NCBI GenBank assembly: GCA_950097015.1
Contig: CATNEN010000038.1
Location: 29,946,001 to 30,010,000, forward strand
Direction of reading: 5' to 3'
DNA length: 64,000 bases
Origin: Macrostomum hystrix
Lineage: Eukaryota > Animalia > Platyhelminthes
Under the pieces are notes generated by a model. That model made no database searches and was not told the origin of the DNA. It saw nothing but the letters and a program-made list of their open reading frames with translations. Made by a program: the position numbers and the translations under genes. Position 1 is the first letter of the stretch; the number at the start of each line of letters is the position of its first letter. This document shows positions 44,450-58,081 of this stretch, piece after piece.

Positions 44450-45198
44450 GTGATTCACACATAATAGCTGAAGTGTGCTTATAACATAAATAAGAGTTTA
44501 TTCAGTTTGGCATTGCCAGTCATCAGCAGGGCAGATGAAACTATGTGCCAAGAGACATACGTCCCAAGTTAAAAAAATGTATTATGCTTCAACGAACAGC
44601 CTATAATTTTTCCTAAACTTTTAATGATAGGGTAGATGTATGTGTAGTATAAAAATTTATGAAAGAAATTTTATTTGACTGTGAAAGAGAAATGCTTACT
44701 TCGCTCAAATGCTCGCCACCTTAACTATTAGTGTTTAAGTGGGCTAGACAACTGTGTATACAAACAAGACAATAGCCTGCTCAAGTGGTCTGCAGCTCAA
44801 TCTGAGCTCGGATACCTATATCACAAACACAGGCCATCCCGCGTATATGCTCTTATATTTCTCTAAAAGACGATATTTTTTTCCATTGAATTTCTAGGCA
44901 AGACTTTTCAAATTCTTAGTTTCCATTCTCTAATTTACACGCTTGGAAGGTTCATTAGCAGTTCTGGACGAGACATTGTCAAGTTGTGCTCTTTCGCTCA
45001 AATAAAAAACACTACAAGTTCTAAATGCATATTTTATGCATGTTAGCTAAGCAGCTCGTATCTAAGCCCTGTCTTTCACGACTCCGGAAGCAGTTTTTTA
45101 TCCACCGGTACTTTCTTCAGTCATCGCTTTTCTCCCACTTTTTGGTACGACAGCACTTTGTTCTTTCGCTTCATCAGAAAATATTGCAGTAATTTTGC

Positions 45199-45891
45199 AG
45201 TCACTCTTCTTGTCACTCTTCTTGTCACTCTTCTTGTCACTCTTCAAGTCACTCTTCTAGTCACTCATTATAGTCACTCCTCTAGTCACTCTTCTAGTCA
45301 CTCTTCTAGTCACTCTTCTAGTCACTCATTCCAGTCACTCTTCTAGTCACTCATTCCAGTCACTCCTCTAGTCACTCTTCTAGTCACTCATTCCAGTCAC
45401 TCTTCTAGTCACTCTTCTAGTCACTCTTCTAGTCACTCTTCTAGTCACTCATTCCAGTCACTCTTCTAGTCACTCTTCTAGTCACTCATTCCAGTCACTC
45501 CTCTAGTCACTCTTCTAGTCACTCTTCTAGTCACTCTTCTAGTCACTCATTCCAGTCACTCTTCTAGTCACTCATTCCAGTCACTCCTCTAGTCACTCTT
45601 CTAGTCACTCTTCTAGTCACTCTTCTAGTCACTCATTCCAGTCACTCCTCTAGTCACTCTTCTAGTCACTCTTCTAGTCACTCATTCCAGTCACTCCTCT
45701 AGTCACTCTTCTAGTCACTCATTCCAGTCACTCTTCTAATCACTCTTCTAGTCACTCATTCCAGTCACTCTTCTAATCGTTCTTCCAGTCACTTTTCTAG
45801 TCACCCTTTCAGTCACTCTTCCAGTCACTTTTCTAGTGACTCTTCTAGTCAATTTTCTAGTCACTCTTCTAGTCACTCTTCTAGTCACTCT
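45199..45891. repeat. 12/13-bp minisatellite (TAGTCACTCTTC)
   Basis: Direct reading. Confidence 0.96.
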
Positions 45892-46559
45892 TATAGATAA
45901 ATCTTCATCAAAGCTTAGGTAGTTAGCGGACACTGTGGTGGCCAATAGTTGTAGTCGCCATAGCTAATTTAAAAAGCCGAATAGCGGAATCTCCAAAAAA
46001 TTATGGGATTATCCTCTCTCGCCGGAATCCCAAAGCTCAGATTTTGCAGCCTTCCTAAATTCACAGACGGGTTGCATAACAATGACAAAATTTGAGAACA
46101 CGAGCTTGCCAAAAAGGAAAGGAAGCAATTACTACTGGAACAAGGTGGGTGAAATCTTATTTGACATGCAGAAATCAATGCCTGTGAATAATATGGCCTC
46201 TCTACATCTAGAGGAAGCAAGCGCCTGCCTTTGAAGCTCGTGCAAATGACCCTGAGATCGAAGAATATATCCTACGAGTATAAATACACTTGATAATACG
46301 ATAGACAGCCAATGCTTACCGATTACTGGGATTATCAATTGCGACTACTGAGCGTTAAAAACAATTATTATGCATAGTTTTCTGCCTTTGTGACGTCTTA
46401 GAGTCGAATTCGAAGCCCAGCTTCAGCCTTCTGTGACGCAAGACTTTGTAAATGGCAGACTTAGTCACTTGCCAGACGCGTGACCTTGTCTACCAAGGTT
46501 AGGCCACCTCTGGCTAGTGAATCCGACACGTTGGCCTACTCCAGCTCTGCTCTCCCGAG

Positions 46560-47320
46560 TCTAATCTCTCTACCAAGTCTCATCTCTCCCTGTCTCATCC
46601 CTCCCCTGTCTCATCCCTCCCCTGTCTCATCCCTCCCCTGTCTCATCCCTCCCCTGTCTCATCTCTCCCTGTCTCATCTCTCCCCCGTCTCATCTCTCCC
46701 CGTCTCATCTCTCCCCTGTCTCATCTCTCCCCTGTCTCATCTCTCCCCTGTCTCATCTCTCCCCCGTCTCATCTCTCCCCGTCTCATCTCTCCCCTGTCT
46801 CATCCCTCCCCTGTCTCATCTCTCCCCTGTCTCATCCCTCCCCTGTCTCATCCCTCCCCTGTCTCATCTCTCCCCTGTCTTATCTCTCCCCGTCGTATCT
46901 CTCCCCCGTCTTATCTCTCTCCGTGTCTTTTCTCTCCCCCCGTCTGATCTCTCCCCCTGTCTAAGCTCACCCACCGTTTCATCTCTCCCGGTCTTATCTC
47001 TCCCCGTCTCATCTCTCCCCTGTCTCATCTCTCGCCTGTCTCATCTCTCCCCTGTCTCATCTCTCGCCTGTCTCATCTCTCCCCTGTCACATCTCTCCCC
47101 TGTCTCATCTCTCCCCTTTCTCATCTCTCCCGTGTCTCATCTCTCCCCTGTCTCATCTCTCCCGTGTCTCATCTCTCCCCTGTCTCATCTCTCCCCTGTC
47201 TCATCTCTCCCCTGTCTCATCCCTCCCCTGTCTCATCCCTCCCCTGTCTCATCTCTCCCCCGTCTTATCTCTCCCCTGCCTCATCTCTCCCCTGTCTGAT
47301 CCCTCTCCGTATCTCATCTC
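46560..47320 (-). repeat. 17-bp minisatellite, same family as 43762-44449, opposite orientation
   Basis: CCCTGTCTCATCTCTCC units. Confidence 0.95.
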
Positions 47321-48017
47321 GCAAAAAAGATCTTATCTCTGTCTTGTATCTCTGTCTCATCTGTCTCATATTTCATCCGTCTTACATTATTTTTAAATGC
47401 CCTGTGCATTTCTGCTTTTCAAATAGTTTCCGATATATCGTCTCATCCCAGAAGGATTCAGTAAATCTCTTATCAATAGGCATAACTAAGCATACTTATA
47501 ATTAATTAGATGAAGCTAATATGCATATCTTGATTGCATCATCAGGTTGATTAACCTTGGACTTAGAGATAAGAAATAGACACTCAAACACACGCATATA
47601 GAGACTCGAATAGTTATATGCATTGGTTAGTTAAAATGTAAAATTCTTCTTTTTTTCAGTGTCCGATTTTGATGCATGGAAACTGTTCTGGGCAAAAAAA
47701 TTCAATTGACCCCTGTTAGTGGCAATAGGCGATGCATCACAGTGGAGACTATATAGTTGAATTGAATTTTACTGTCTACTTATTCAGTGTTCAGATATCC
47801 TGCATCTTCGAGTCGCCTCACTTGTGCTCTCAGTTGGCTGATAAAATTTCCTGCCCTTAAACAGCCCCTGCCATGCAGCCTTGAGTCCGAGCTCTTATGT
47901 ACTCATTCTTTGCTGGTGCATTTCTTGTATTTGCTTCCGTTGCTGATTTGAGTGAGTAATAATGGAATGAGCAATCTAGAAATGAGAAACGGAGATGGAT
48001 GAGCAGTGACAAGAAAG

Positions 48018-48750
48018 TGAAGGGAACGAAGGAAGTTAAGGGAGTGAAGGGAGTGAAGCGAGAGGATGAAATGAAGGGAGTAAAGGGAATGAAGGGAGCG
48101 AAGGGATTGAAGTAAATGAAGGGAGTGAAGGGAGTGAAGGGAGTGAAGGGATTGAAGTAAATGAAGGGAGTGAAGCGATTGAAGTAAATGAAGGGAGTGA
48201 AGGGATTGAAGTAAATGAAGGGAGTGAAGGGATTGAAGTAAATGAAGGGAGTGAAGGGAGTGAAGGGAGTGAAGGGAGTGAAGGGAGTGAAGGGAGTGGA
48301 GGGAGAGGATGAAATGAAGGGTGTGAAGGGAGTGAAGCAAGAGGATGAAATGAAGGGAGTGAAGGGAATGAAGTAAATGAAGGGAGTGAAGGGATTGAAG
48401 GGAGTGAAGGGAGTGAAGGGAGTGAAGGGAGTGAAGGGAGTGGAGGGAGAGGATGAAATGAAGGGTGTGAAGGGAGTGAAGCAAGAGGATGAAATGAAGG
48501 GAGTGAAGGGAATGAAGTAAATGAAGGGAGTGAAGGGATTGAAGGGAGTGAAGGGAGTGAAGGGAGTGGAGGGAGAGGATGAAATGAAGGGTGTGAAGGG
48601 AGTGAAGCAAGAGGATGAAATGAAGGGAGTAAAGGGAATGAAGGGAGTGAAGGGATTGAAGTAAATGAAGGGAGTGAAGGGAGTGAAGGGAGTGAAGGGA
48701 GTGAAGGGAGTGAAGGAAGTTAATGTAGTGAAGGGAGTGGAGGGAGTGAA
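48018..48750. repeat. 9-bp-based purine-rich minisatellite (GAAGGGAGT) with higher-order blocks
   Basis: Direct reading. Confidence 0.95.
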
Positions 48751-49191
48751 CACACGCAATCTCTGGCATTGAAGGGTGTAGAAAATCAATCAAAAAGCGA
48801 ATCACACAACAGACTAGCAGAACAAGTCAACTGAAGACAGTGGCACACAGCAAAGGAGGCAATGGTGTCCAAACTTACACTCAGTTCGATACCCATTAGC
48901 TTCGCGGTCAAGCGAAACGAAGTAGCAGACAAATTTGGGCCAAGAACTTGTGCGCGCCATCAATTCGGGCTCGCGGCTCGCATCGCTCAAACTGTCACCC
49001 CCGTGCCAGAGCTGCGAAAAATATGAACGATTCCCTCAGTCTGCATTACTTCGAATCTTTCCTTTGTTCGGCAGCTATAGTATAAGCTAGTTTTGTCTGC
49101 GTGCATTTGAAGAGTTAAGAAAAACCTACTCAATTAATTAGGAGCCTATAAAATGCGGGATTTATTTTTTAACATTCCTTTCTACTATTTC

Positions 49192-49900
49192 TACTAATCC
49201 ACTGTGGCGTACCACTAATCCACTGTGGCGTGCCACTAATCCACTATAACGTGCCACTAATCCACTTTGGCGTGCCACTAATCCACTATGGCGTGCTACT
49301 AATCCACCATGGTGTACCACTAATTCAATATGGCGTGCTACTAATCCACCATGGCGTGCTACTAATCCACTGTGGCGTACCACTAATCCACTATAACGTG
49401 CCACTAATCCACTATGGTGTACCACTAATCCACTATGGCGTGCCACTAATCCACTATGGCGTGCTACTAATCCACCATGGTATACCACTAATTCACTATG
49501 GCGTACCACTAATCCACTATAACGTGCCACTAATCCACTATGGTGTATCACTAATCCACTATAACGTGCCACTAATCCACTATGGTGTACCACTAATCCA
49601 CTATGGCGTGCCACTAATCCACTATGGCGTGCTACTAATCCACCATGGTGTACCACTAATCCACTGTGGCGTACCACTAATCCACCATGGTGTACCACTA
49701 ATCCACTATGGCGTGCCACTAATCCACTATGGTGTACCACTAATCCACTATGGTGTATCACTAATCTACTATGGCGTACCACTAATCCACTATGGCGTAC
49801 CACTAATCCGCTTTGGCGTGCTACTAATCCACTGTAGCGTGCCACTAATCCACTGTGGCGTACCACTAATCCACCATGGTGTACCACTATGGCGTACCAA
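49192..49900. repeat. 21-bp minisatellite (CCACTAATCCACTATGGCGT(A/G))
   Basis: Direct reading. Confidence 0.96.
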
Positions 49901-50859
49901 TAATCTGTAATTATTTTCCACCAATCAATTATGGAATTGACTACTTATTTGTATTGATGATGACGAATTAAGAGGGCCTATGTAACAATTTTTGACAGAC
50001 TTTTTACAATTTTGGAACAATTTAATGCGAATGTAAGCAGAGCATTTCATTTGGATTTTCTAATTAATCAGCAGGGAATGCATAGTTATAATTCTGACAG
50101 TGAGTTTTAGCAAAGAAAATAATCATGAAATGGCAGGAAATCAATTGCATCAGTAGAGTCAAAATCTTTTGTAAAATTAGGCTCCTTCGTGAAGTCTTGT
50201 CCTCAGGTTATACCTCCAAGGCACCGAGTCTGAACGCCTTGTCAATGAGCTTAATACTTTGTAGATGATCCTGGTTCAGCAGGCCAGCATATAACGATGT
50301 TGTCTCTAACTGTGTTCGCCTTTCGGGTCCTTAATCAAACAAGGCAAAACTTTGCCGCGTGTGCACAGCGAGGTTTGACACTAGCGAAGGTTTTCTATAA
50401 TGTGGATTACGTAATTCAGACCCAAGGAGCGGAGAGCTGGAAAGGGGGCGGGACTGTTGGGTTAGGGGATAATTTAGCTGGGAGCAAAGAAAACTAACGA
50501 TATGGGATCGCGTTCTCACTGCAGTCACCCCTTTTGTACAGAGATAAATGTTAGATAGTTAACAGTTAGTTAGGGACAAAACTTGCGGCAGGAATTTGAG
50601 ACTGTGCGTGAACAGAGATTAGAAATTGATCTGCCAACTATCCTTTTTCCATCTAGTCGTATAATTACCTCGTATGCCAGTCCCGTCCGTATCCAGGGAC
50701 TCAAATTTCGATTGATAAATTCGACAATACGTTGGTAAAATAGTTGAATTCGAGCTCTGAAGGAAGTTCGGAGGTTCTGAAAAAACTTTCTTTTTTTAGT
50801 TGCCACCAATCTGTGATGGTGTACCAAGACTCTATGATAGGAAGTAATAATACTATATA

Positions 50860-51160
50860 TTTCGCTGACTCCTGAGCACACACGCACACAGATACTGTAC
50901 ACAGGCACACGCTCACACTGGGTGTGTACACCTGCCCTGACTTTCTCATCGTCAGGCACTTCAGGCACTTTCTCATTGACTTTCACTGCACCTTGGAGGT
51001 TTGCACTCAAGGGTGCAAATTGCACGACAAGCCCCCAAGCCTTTTCTCCGCGGCTGCGCCTCAAATGAATGTGGCCTCGCCGCGGAATCGAGCTTAGGGA
51101 CCTTGTTGCGAGAGGCGAATGTGACGACTAAACAGTTGTACACAGCCTTTGGAGGCGCCA
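50860..51160 (-). mobile_element. tRNA-derived SINE family A, partial
   Basis: Aligns to 32708-32955. Confidence 0.85.
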
Positions 51161-52289
51161 CACAACAGCAGCAGACTACACATCTGGCCTAACTCGGGCA
51201 GGTCAAATTATATTTTTTAATTACCTGCGCTTTATCGACAATTATTATGATGTCTATGAAAATAGGGTTAAAGAAAGCAAAAATACAAGCATGCTTAGCA
51301 GCTTTGCAAATTGCAAAAGTTACTCTGTAGACCCTACAAGAACTAGCAATTGTCCATAAATAAGGTGAAAAAACATTGTTTTGGTAAATTAGTTTTAACG
51401 ATCCATCAAAACGGAGGTACAGAGATTGTCAGTTGCATTGCCGGAGTGAGTCTTGCATTACCGCGCTGGCGCCAAATCCTCCTTGGCTCGGTAACACTGG
51501 TGTAACTTCTTTGCTGTTTTTTGCTATTAAAACAATTGCTGAGAAGACTTAAGGGGGCAGAATAAGTAAGTAAAGAATGGGATACTGAGGATGACGCCCG
51601 TGATAAAATGATTGACAGGTGGTCAGACACACTCATGCGGCTTGAGAGTCTGTGTGCTCAAGGAGGAAGTTGGACAAAAGAAAAGATACACATACACAAC
51701 ACACACACGCATGTACACAAGCGAAGAGCAAGTGAAAGGCAAATTTCAATTCTGTTTCTCCAGCTGGGTGAGTATAGTGAGTGGTCATCTGCACTCGCTC
51801 CCCATGGCGGGACACACCTGGGCAAGGAACAAAAAATGGTTTTGTCAGCTAAGGTCTCAGATTGGAACAACAAAACGCTGCTGGTTGTACCGCTACCTGC
51901 AACCTGTACCAGACCGTCTTGACCAGGGGCTAATGAAATATTCATTTTAAACTACGCTGACCAGTATTTTAGCTCCTATAGAGTTTTGGCTGAATGTGAG
52001 TGGGCCAACTCAAAATGGACCAACTCAGCAGAGACCAGAGCAAACAGACCAATGAGAGAGAACACTGCCATAGTGTTCACCTGACAATGTGAGTATTTGA
52101 GTGTGGTGAAATTTGTGGACTGCGAAAATCACGCTTTGGGAAGTAGGGTACGGAAGTAGGGATAGCATTGTCCTCTTCATTTTCATTGCTCAAAGAAAAC
52201 AAAAAAATTAAGGTTGTTTTGAGTGGTAGAGAAGGTTGGAGAGATGGGACACAGCTGCCAATACAATGTCTTTAATGTATTTAATGTAT

Positions 52290-52420
52290 TTCTCCGCCCA
52301 CTGACAAGAGAGAAGACTGGGCAGAGAGGACTAAGGCAGTAGCTTGGGTCTCAGCCAATAGCAAAGGGCGTAGACCGCCCCACAAGCCCACGCCATTAGT
52401 TGAAGCTGGCCTATAAGCAT
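52290..52420 (+). promoter_or_regulatory. Possible protocadherin promoter
   Basis: CCGCCC boxes (~52294, ~52375), CCAAT (~52355) and TATAAG (~52412), about 250 bp upstream of the ATG. Confidence 0.3.
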
Positions 52421-52657
52421 TGGTCATGTGTAGTTAAACTCGCACAGTCATACAGACAGGAACATTCTCACAGTTTTAAATAGCCTCTTAAGATTTGAAA
52501 CTTTGAAAGGCTGCACTCGAGTTGTATTTTCATTCAGTTTTAAACAAAAAATATCCAAATAAATATGAATTATGACTGACACTCCACAGAACTCGGAATA
52601 AGGAACTGTTTCTGCTCCTTCGATAAGCTTCTGAGGAGAGCATCTGCTCAGACAAGA

Positions 52658-55429
52658 ATGAATCTCGAGTTGCAACTGGCACTGCTTCTCGTCTCAGTTG
52701 CTCTATCGTACGCCGAAGCTCTCGAGACCAGGCTGTCAGACAATGTGCATTTCAACAGCAAGGTGGCGAGCCTGACAGGTCTAGACGGTGAATTCCCACC
52801 GCCGCCAACTGGCGACCAAGCCGGCTACTACCGAGTGAGCCTGAAGCCCTACCTGCCGCAGCTGGATGGGTTCTTCACAATCGACCGCATGGGAACGATA
52901 TCGGCTAACAGGGAGGTCGACCGTGACGAGATCTGTTCAAGGCTGAACTGCTGCGCCAGCCTGGAGTGCCGCCTGGAGTTCATGGCCAGCGTCACCGTTC
53001 GGCCGACCGATCCGCAGCGAACGCTGACCTTTCAGCTCGTGCTGACCGACGAAAACGACCAGACGCCGAGCTTTCCGTACGCTGGACCCATCGACATATC
53101 GGAAGACGCGGCTGTTGGCTCAAACAATGTGGCCCTGCCAGCGGCGGTCGACAAGGACTCACCGGGCTACGCTGTCAAGGCATACAACCTCACCGATCCG
53201 ACTGGCACCTTCGCCGTGGTATTGAAGTCAGGCGTGCCGCATCTTCAGCTACTGCGCCCTCTGGACAGAGAGGTGACTCCACAGTACCAGGTGACGCTGC
53301 GCGCCACAGACGGTGAGCACGAAGGCTCAGCTGTTCTCACCATCCGAGTTGGGGACGTTAACGATAACGCACCAGTCTTCGATCGTGCCTTCGTAAGTTC
53401 CACATTCTCCGAGAGTAAGGCCAACGATCGAATCACAACTTTGACGGCCAGTGATAGAGACGCTGGCCAGAATGCTGACATCATCTTTCGGGTGGCCTCG
53501 GTTGATCCGCCAGCGTTGAAGAAGCATTTCAGTGTGCAAATCAACAGCGGATTTTGGGGTCTGTTTTTGAACCAAAGTTTGGACTACGAGATTCCAGAGC
53601 AGCGAACTGCCCTCGTGTACATCGAGGCTCGAGATCAGGGCAGTCCTCCACAGTCATCGACCGGTACGGTGAGTATTAGTGTCGCCGACACTAACGACAA
53701 TGCGCCGGTGATCAAGGAGCTAGCTAGCTACCAGCTAGATGAGCACAGGGTGCCTGAGGTGCTAGTCAAGGCTATTCAGGTTACCGATGCGGATGCCGTA
53801 TCCATCGGCCAGGTCACCTGCAAGCTGGTGTCTAATCCGAAGTTCAAGTTGGAGAGAAATACTGCCCCAAGTCCTACGGACACCGTGGAGCAGGCTACTT
53901 ACAGCATGTATAGTACTACAACCTTCGACTATGAAGTCGCTCAAGAGGAGAAAGTAGATATGGTCTGCCTTGACAGAGCATCTCCGGAGAGTGTGACGCT
54001 GCAGTCGTTCACCATACCGATTCGCGAGACAAACGACGACCCGCCGAAGTTCACATCACGAAGCTACTTCAAGCAGGTGAGCGAGGATCTCGCAGTTGAC
54101 AGTACAGTGCTGAAGGTTATCGCCACCGATCGAGACAAGGGCTTCTTCAGCGAAATCGCGTACTTTTTGGACGAGTCTGGCCAGCGCAACTTTACAATCG
54201 ACAGTGAAGGCAGCATCAAGGTCCGCGTACCTCTGGACAGAGAGACAGCCAAGAACCTCCGCTTCACTGTCACAGCCAGGGACAGGGGCAACCTGTCAGA
54301 CACGGCCACCGTTGTTGTTGATCTGCTAGACGTCAACGACAATGATCCGAGCTACGCCGGTCCGCTGGAGGCAAGCGTGGAGGAAAACAGCCCGCCAGGC
54401 ACCTTTGTCACTCGGGTGTCGTTCAGCGATCCGGACGAAGTCGAGAATGGCACAGTCGAATTTAGCCTCAGCAGCAGCGAGCAGCACAAGACAGCCAACG
54501 AGTTCTTCAGTTTGTACCGCAACGGAACGATGTCAGTCAGGAATCCGATTGACAGGGAAGTGTGGCCCAGCCTGCAGGTGACCATAGTCGCCTGGGACAT
54601 GGGCCCGCGACGCCGGACTTCCACAGCGATGCTAACGGTCAACATTGGCGATGTCAATGATTGCAAACCAATAGTGGTAAAACCACGGCCGCTAGCTCTA
54701 CTAGGCATTGAAAACATCCTGTACACCAACGTGCCGCGCAAGACTCTTCTAGTGACAGTTGAGGCCGAAGACAAAGACGCTGGAGAAAATCGGACAGTGG
54801 ACTATCAGCTGCTGAGCTCTAATGCTAGCACCCTGTTTGCCATTGACAAGCAGAGTGGCGAGATACACTCGGTGTGGAGGCCAGAGCATGCGCCTCCCGC
54901 ACCTGGACTTTACTACCTCACTGTACAGGTCACCGATCGGGGTAGCCATGTTCGGCTGAGCAGCGAGACAACATTCTACGTGCGTCTGACAGCCCCACCA
55001 GAGGCTCAATTTGCCACGGCCGGAATCAGCGGCCTGATAATTCTCATCCTCATCATCGCCGGCACGGTAGTCATCGCAATAGGCCTCATTGTGGCCATCT
55101 GCTACGTGCGTGGCCGAGCCGACGAGCCCGACGACTTAAACGGTGGCAGCGCCGAGGTCGGCGCCTCCGATTTGGCCGAGACGCGCTTGAAGATGCGGCC
55201 AAACATTGAGGACTTTCACGGCTACCACCGCGAGAGTCCCGTGCCACCCTACGATCCAAGACTGCTGCACCAGCAGCACCAGTGCCAGCACCAGCTGCAG
55301 CACCTGTTGCAGCCGCACGGATCGCTCAAGAGGCAGCAACAGCAGCAGCAGGACTATTATGCGTGGTCGCGACCCGGCTCCCCGCTGACTATGATGTCGC
55401 TGCATCAGCACGCAGACGAGTCAAAGCAG
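52658..55429 (+). CDS. Protocadherin, large first coding exon (signal peptide, ~6 EC repeats, TM, start of cytoplasmic tail); probably spliced to downstream exons
   Basis: Repeated DRE/LDYE, DxNDNxPxF and AxDxD motifs; Cys-rich EC1 (DRDEIC...CC...C); TM LIILILIIAGTVVIAIGLIVAICYV; donor CAG|GTGAGA at 55429/55430 (ORF would otherwise stop at 55453). Confidence 0.92.
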
Positions 55430-56339
55430 GTGAGAGAAAATTATCAACACTGACGCAAATTACGGGCTGTGCGGGTTTGTCTGTGTGTGGCGTCATTAGC
55501 ATCCGCGTGGCTAAGCTTGTTTGGCCTTCGTGACTCCGCTAATTAAACAGCGGGAGGGTCCCGCCCCTAGCCGCCTAGTAGTTCGTGCTGTACATTAATT
55601 TTCGCACCACTTCAGGCCAGCGTGAGATCTCCTCTAGCCCTGTCTGCCACGCACTCTCATCCTCTCATATGACTTGCAAGGCTATTCGGAGTCCAGTTCC
55701 AACCAAGACTAGCCTGGAGGGTTGGAAAGCCAAGAGTATGGCCTAGAGGACGAAGGCCATTGGAGGCTTAGCTTCCAGGGTGTATTTTTTTGGAGGCCGG
55801 TTTTGTCACGCCTATGCACCTGATTTAATTAATTCCTTCCTTCCCTTTCCTCCGTCCGTTCCTGCTTTGGCAACGCTTTGGACCGAAGAGGCTTGGCCTC
55901 GCCTTCACGGCCGATGCTAAAAGGCGTGTTGAGATTCTCTTGAGCAGTATTTGTCTGAGTTCTCTCACACTTTCTCTCGCTCTTCCGCTCTTTGCATCTG
56001 TAGCGACAGATTTGAATGAGAGAAAGAATTTATTCACACTAAAAATTTCTTGAGGATATGTGCTTGAGGAAACTGAAATACCCTGTTCGTGCTTATGCAT
56101 TAAATTAAATTGGAAAGCATTGTTTTTTCTCTGTCTGAATATGAAATCATGAATCGGGAAGTACATATTGAAGAGAAATGTTTTCAATTGTCCCTGGTTT
56201 GAGGCCATTCTTTGGTCGATTACTTATTTATTTGGCACCGATGGGAAAAATGTTCTATTCTTATTTAAGACTCTTATTTCACTAAATTGCTTCATTTCAC
56301 CCAGCTGTGAGAACATGGGAAAATGGGGGAAAATTTCTG

Positions 56340-56575
56340 GGTGCAAGCCTAGTTGTTAGAGTGTCGTACTCACGTCTTGAAGGTCTGGGGTTCTATTCCT
56401 GACTCCTCTGGAAAAGTAATGTGTACTTTAGCAAGACACTTCACTGCACATTGCTTGGGTTTACGCATCTGCTAAATGGGTACCTGCATTAGCAGGGGTG
56501 ACTGAGGGTGGGTGTGGCGTCCCACCAGTCCATGGACTGAACTGTCTACGTATTCAAATCGTGCGTGATTGTGTT
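56340..56575 (+). mobile_element. tRNA-derived SINE with CORE-like central domain, diverged
   Basis: A-box-like AGCCTAGTTGTTAGAG, B-box-like GGGTTCTATTCC, then TGTGTACTTTAGCAAGACACTTCAC...CATCTGCTAAATGGG. Confidence 0.65.
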
Positions 56576-56935
56576 ATATTAAAAAACTATTCGGTCTTTT
56601 AGTCGCTAAAGAAAATCCTTTTTCATGCGTCTAGATTTTCTCTTTGATTTTAGCTTCTATGATCTGCCACGCCTTTAGACACGACTGAGTCGTGCACTGA
56701 TTGATCCCCTAACGTTTTATCCCCTTTACAACCGTGTCCAACCCCGTGTCTCTCTGTCTCTGAGCAGGACAATAGCCAACCCTGCCTGTTTAACTATATT
56801 TAGCCATCATTATAATCCGTAGTATAAGAAATTTTCTTGTCGTATTAATGCTGAACATGAGTCAATGTTGAGCTAGATGGAGCATATTCTGCTTTTCGGT
56901 ACGGGAATTTATTGTTTGCACAGTAAAAAATATCT

Positions 56936-57297
56936 GACTCATGACCATTCTGCTAGACTCATGACCATTCCAATTGACTCATGACCATTCTTCTAGACTC
57001 ATGACCATTCTGCTAGACTCAAGACTATTCTGCTAGAGTCATGACAAACCAGATAGACCCATGACCATTATAGCAGACTCATGACCATTCTAATAGACTC
57101 ATGACCATTCTAATAGACTCATGACCATTCTAATAGACTCATGACCATCATGCTTGACTCATGAACATCCTGATAGACTCATGACCATTCTGGTAGACTC
57201 ATGACCATCCAGATAGGTTCATGACCATTCTAATAGACTCATGATCATTCTAATAGAATTATGACCATTCAAATAGACTAATGACCATTCTGATAGG
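56936..57297. repeat. 20-bp minisatellite (GACTCATGACCATTCTAATA), diverged
   Basis: Direct reading. Confidence 0.93.
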
Positions 57298-57719
57298 CTG
57301 ATGGACTAAAGGTACTAGACTAGATGCTAAATGCATTTAAATTCGCAATTCATAATTAATTTACGCTAAAATATGATCGTGTCAAAAGCATTTCTAGCTA
57401 GATTTGAAAAAAAAATTATGAACGCATATATTTTACAAGACTGACGCGAACGGCCCAGTCTATCCTCTGAGCCGCTATAACAGAATGGTGAAGCACGTGC
57501 CAAGGATTTCCCAGATTGAATTAATTTGACCTAATCTCTAAAATAGATGACTCCCGACAAAGTGAAGCGAAATAATCATCGCCTACAACAAAGACTAGTG
57601 ACTGCAGTGTGACTTTCGGGAATCGCATTAGGGCTTCGGAATTTTCTGAACGAGTGGTCAAGGGTTCGAATCTCAGACTATGAGAAGCAAATTTGTTATT
57701 AGTTGAGCACGTCACTTGC

Positions 57720-58081
57720 AGGTCAGTTAGTAGCAGAGCGGTCTAACACGCGTTTGCATCTCGCACCACGGCCCATGAGTTCGATTCCGCAGTGCGGCCA
57801 CATTCATTTGGGGGTGCAGCCGCGGAGAGAAGGCTTGGGGGGCTTGTCGTGCAATTTACGACCTAGGAGGCCAACCTCCGAGGCACAGTGAGAGTGTACA
57901 CTGCCTGACGATGAGTCCGGCAGATGTACACACCTGTTTAAGCGTGTGCCTGCTCACAATATCTGTGCGCGTGTGTGCTCAAGAGTCAGTGGAAAGGGGA
58001 GAATTGCCTCCTCGCTGGCTGCGGGTCTGGTGTCACCAAATGATGTGCCATTGCCCGCAGCCCTCCTGATAATATAATTAT
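57720..58081 (+). mobile_element. tRNA-derived SINE family A, near full length
   Basis: TAGCAGAGCGG A box, GAGTTCGATTCC B box, body matches the reverse complement of 32615-32979, AT-rich tail. Confidence 0.9.

Noticed and set aside
57720-57800. tRNA gene-like A/B boxes (also 32900-32979 and 56345-56400)
   Set aside because: These are SINE heads continuing into a shared body and tail; no intact cloverleaf.
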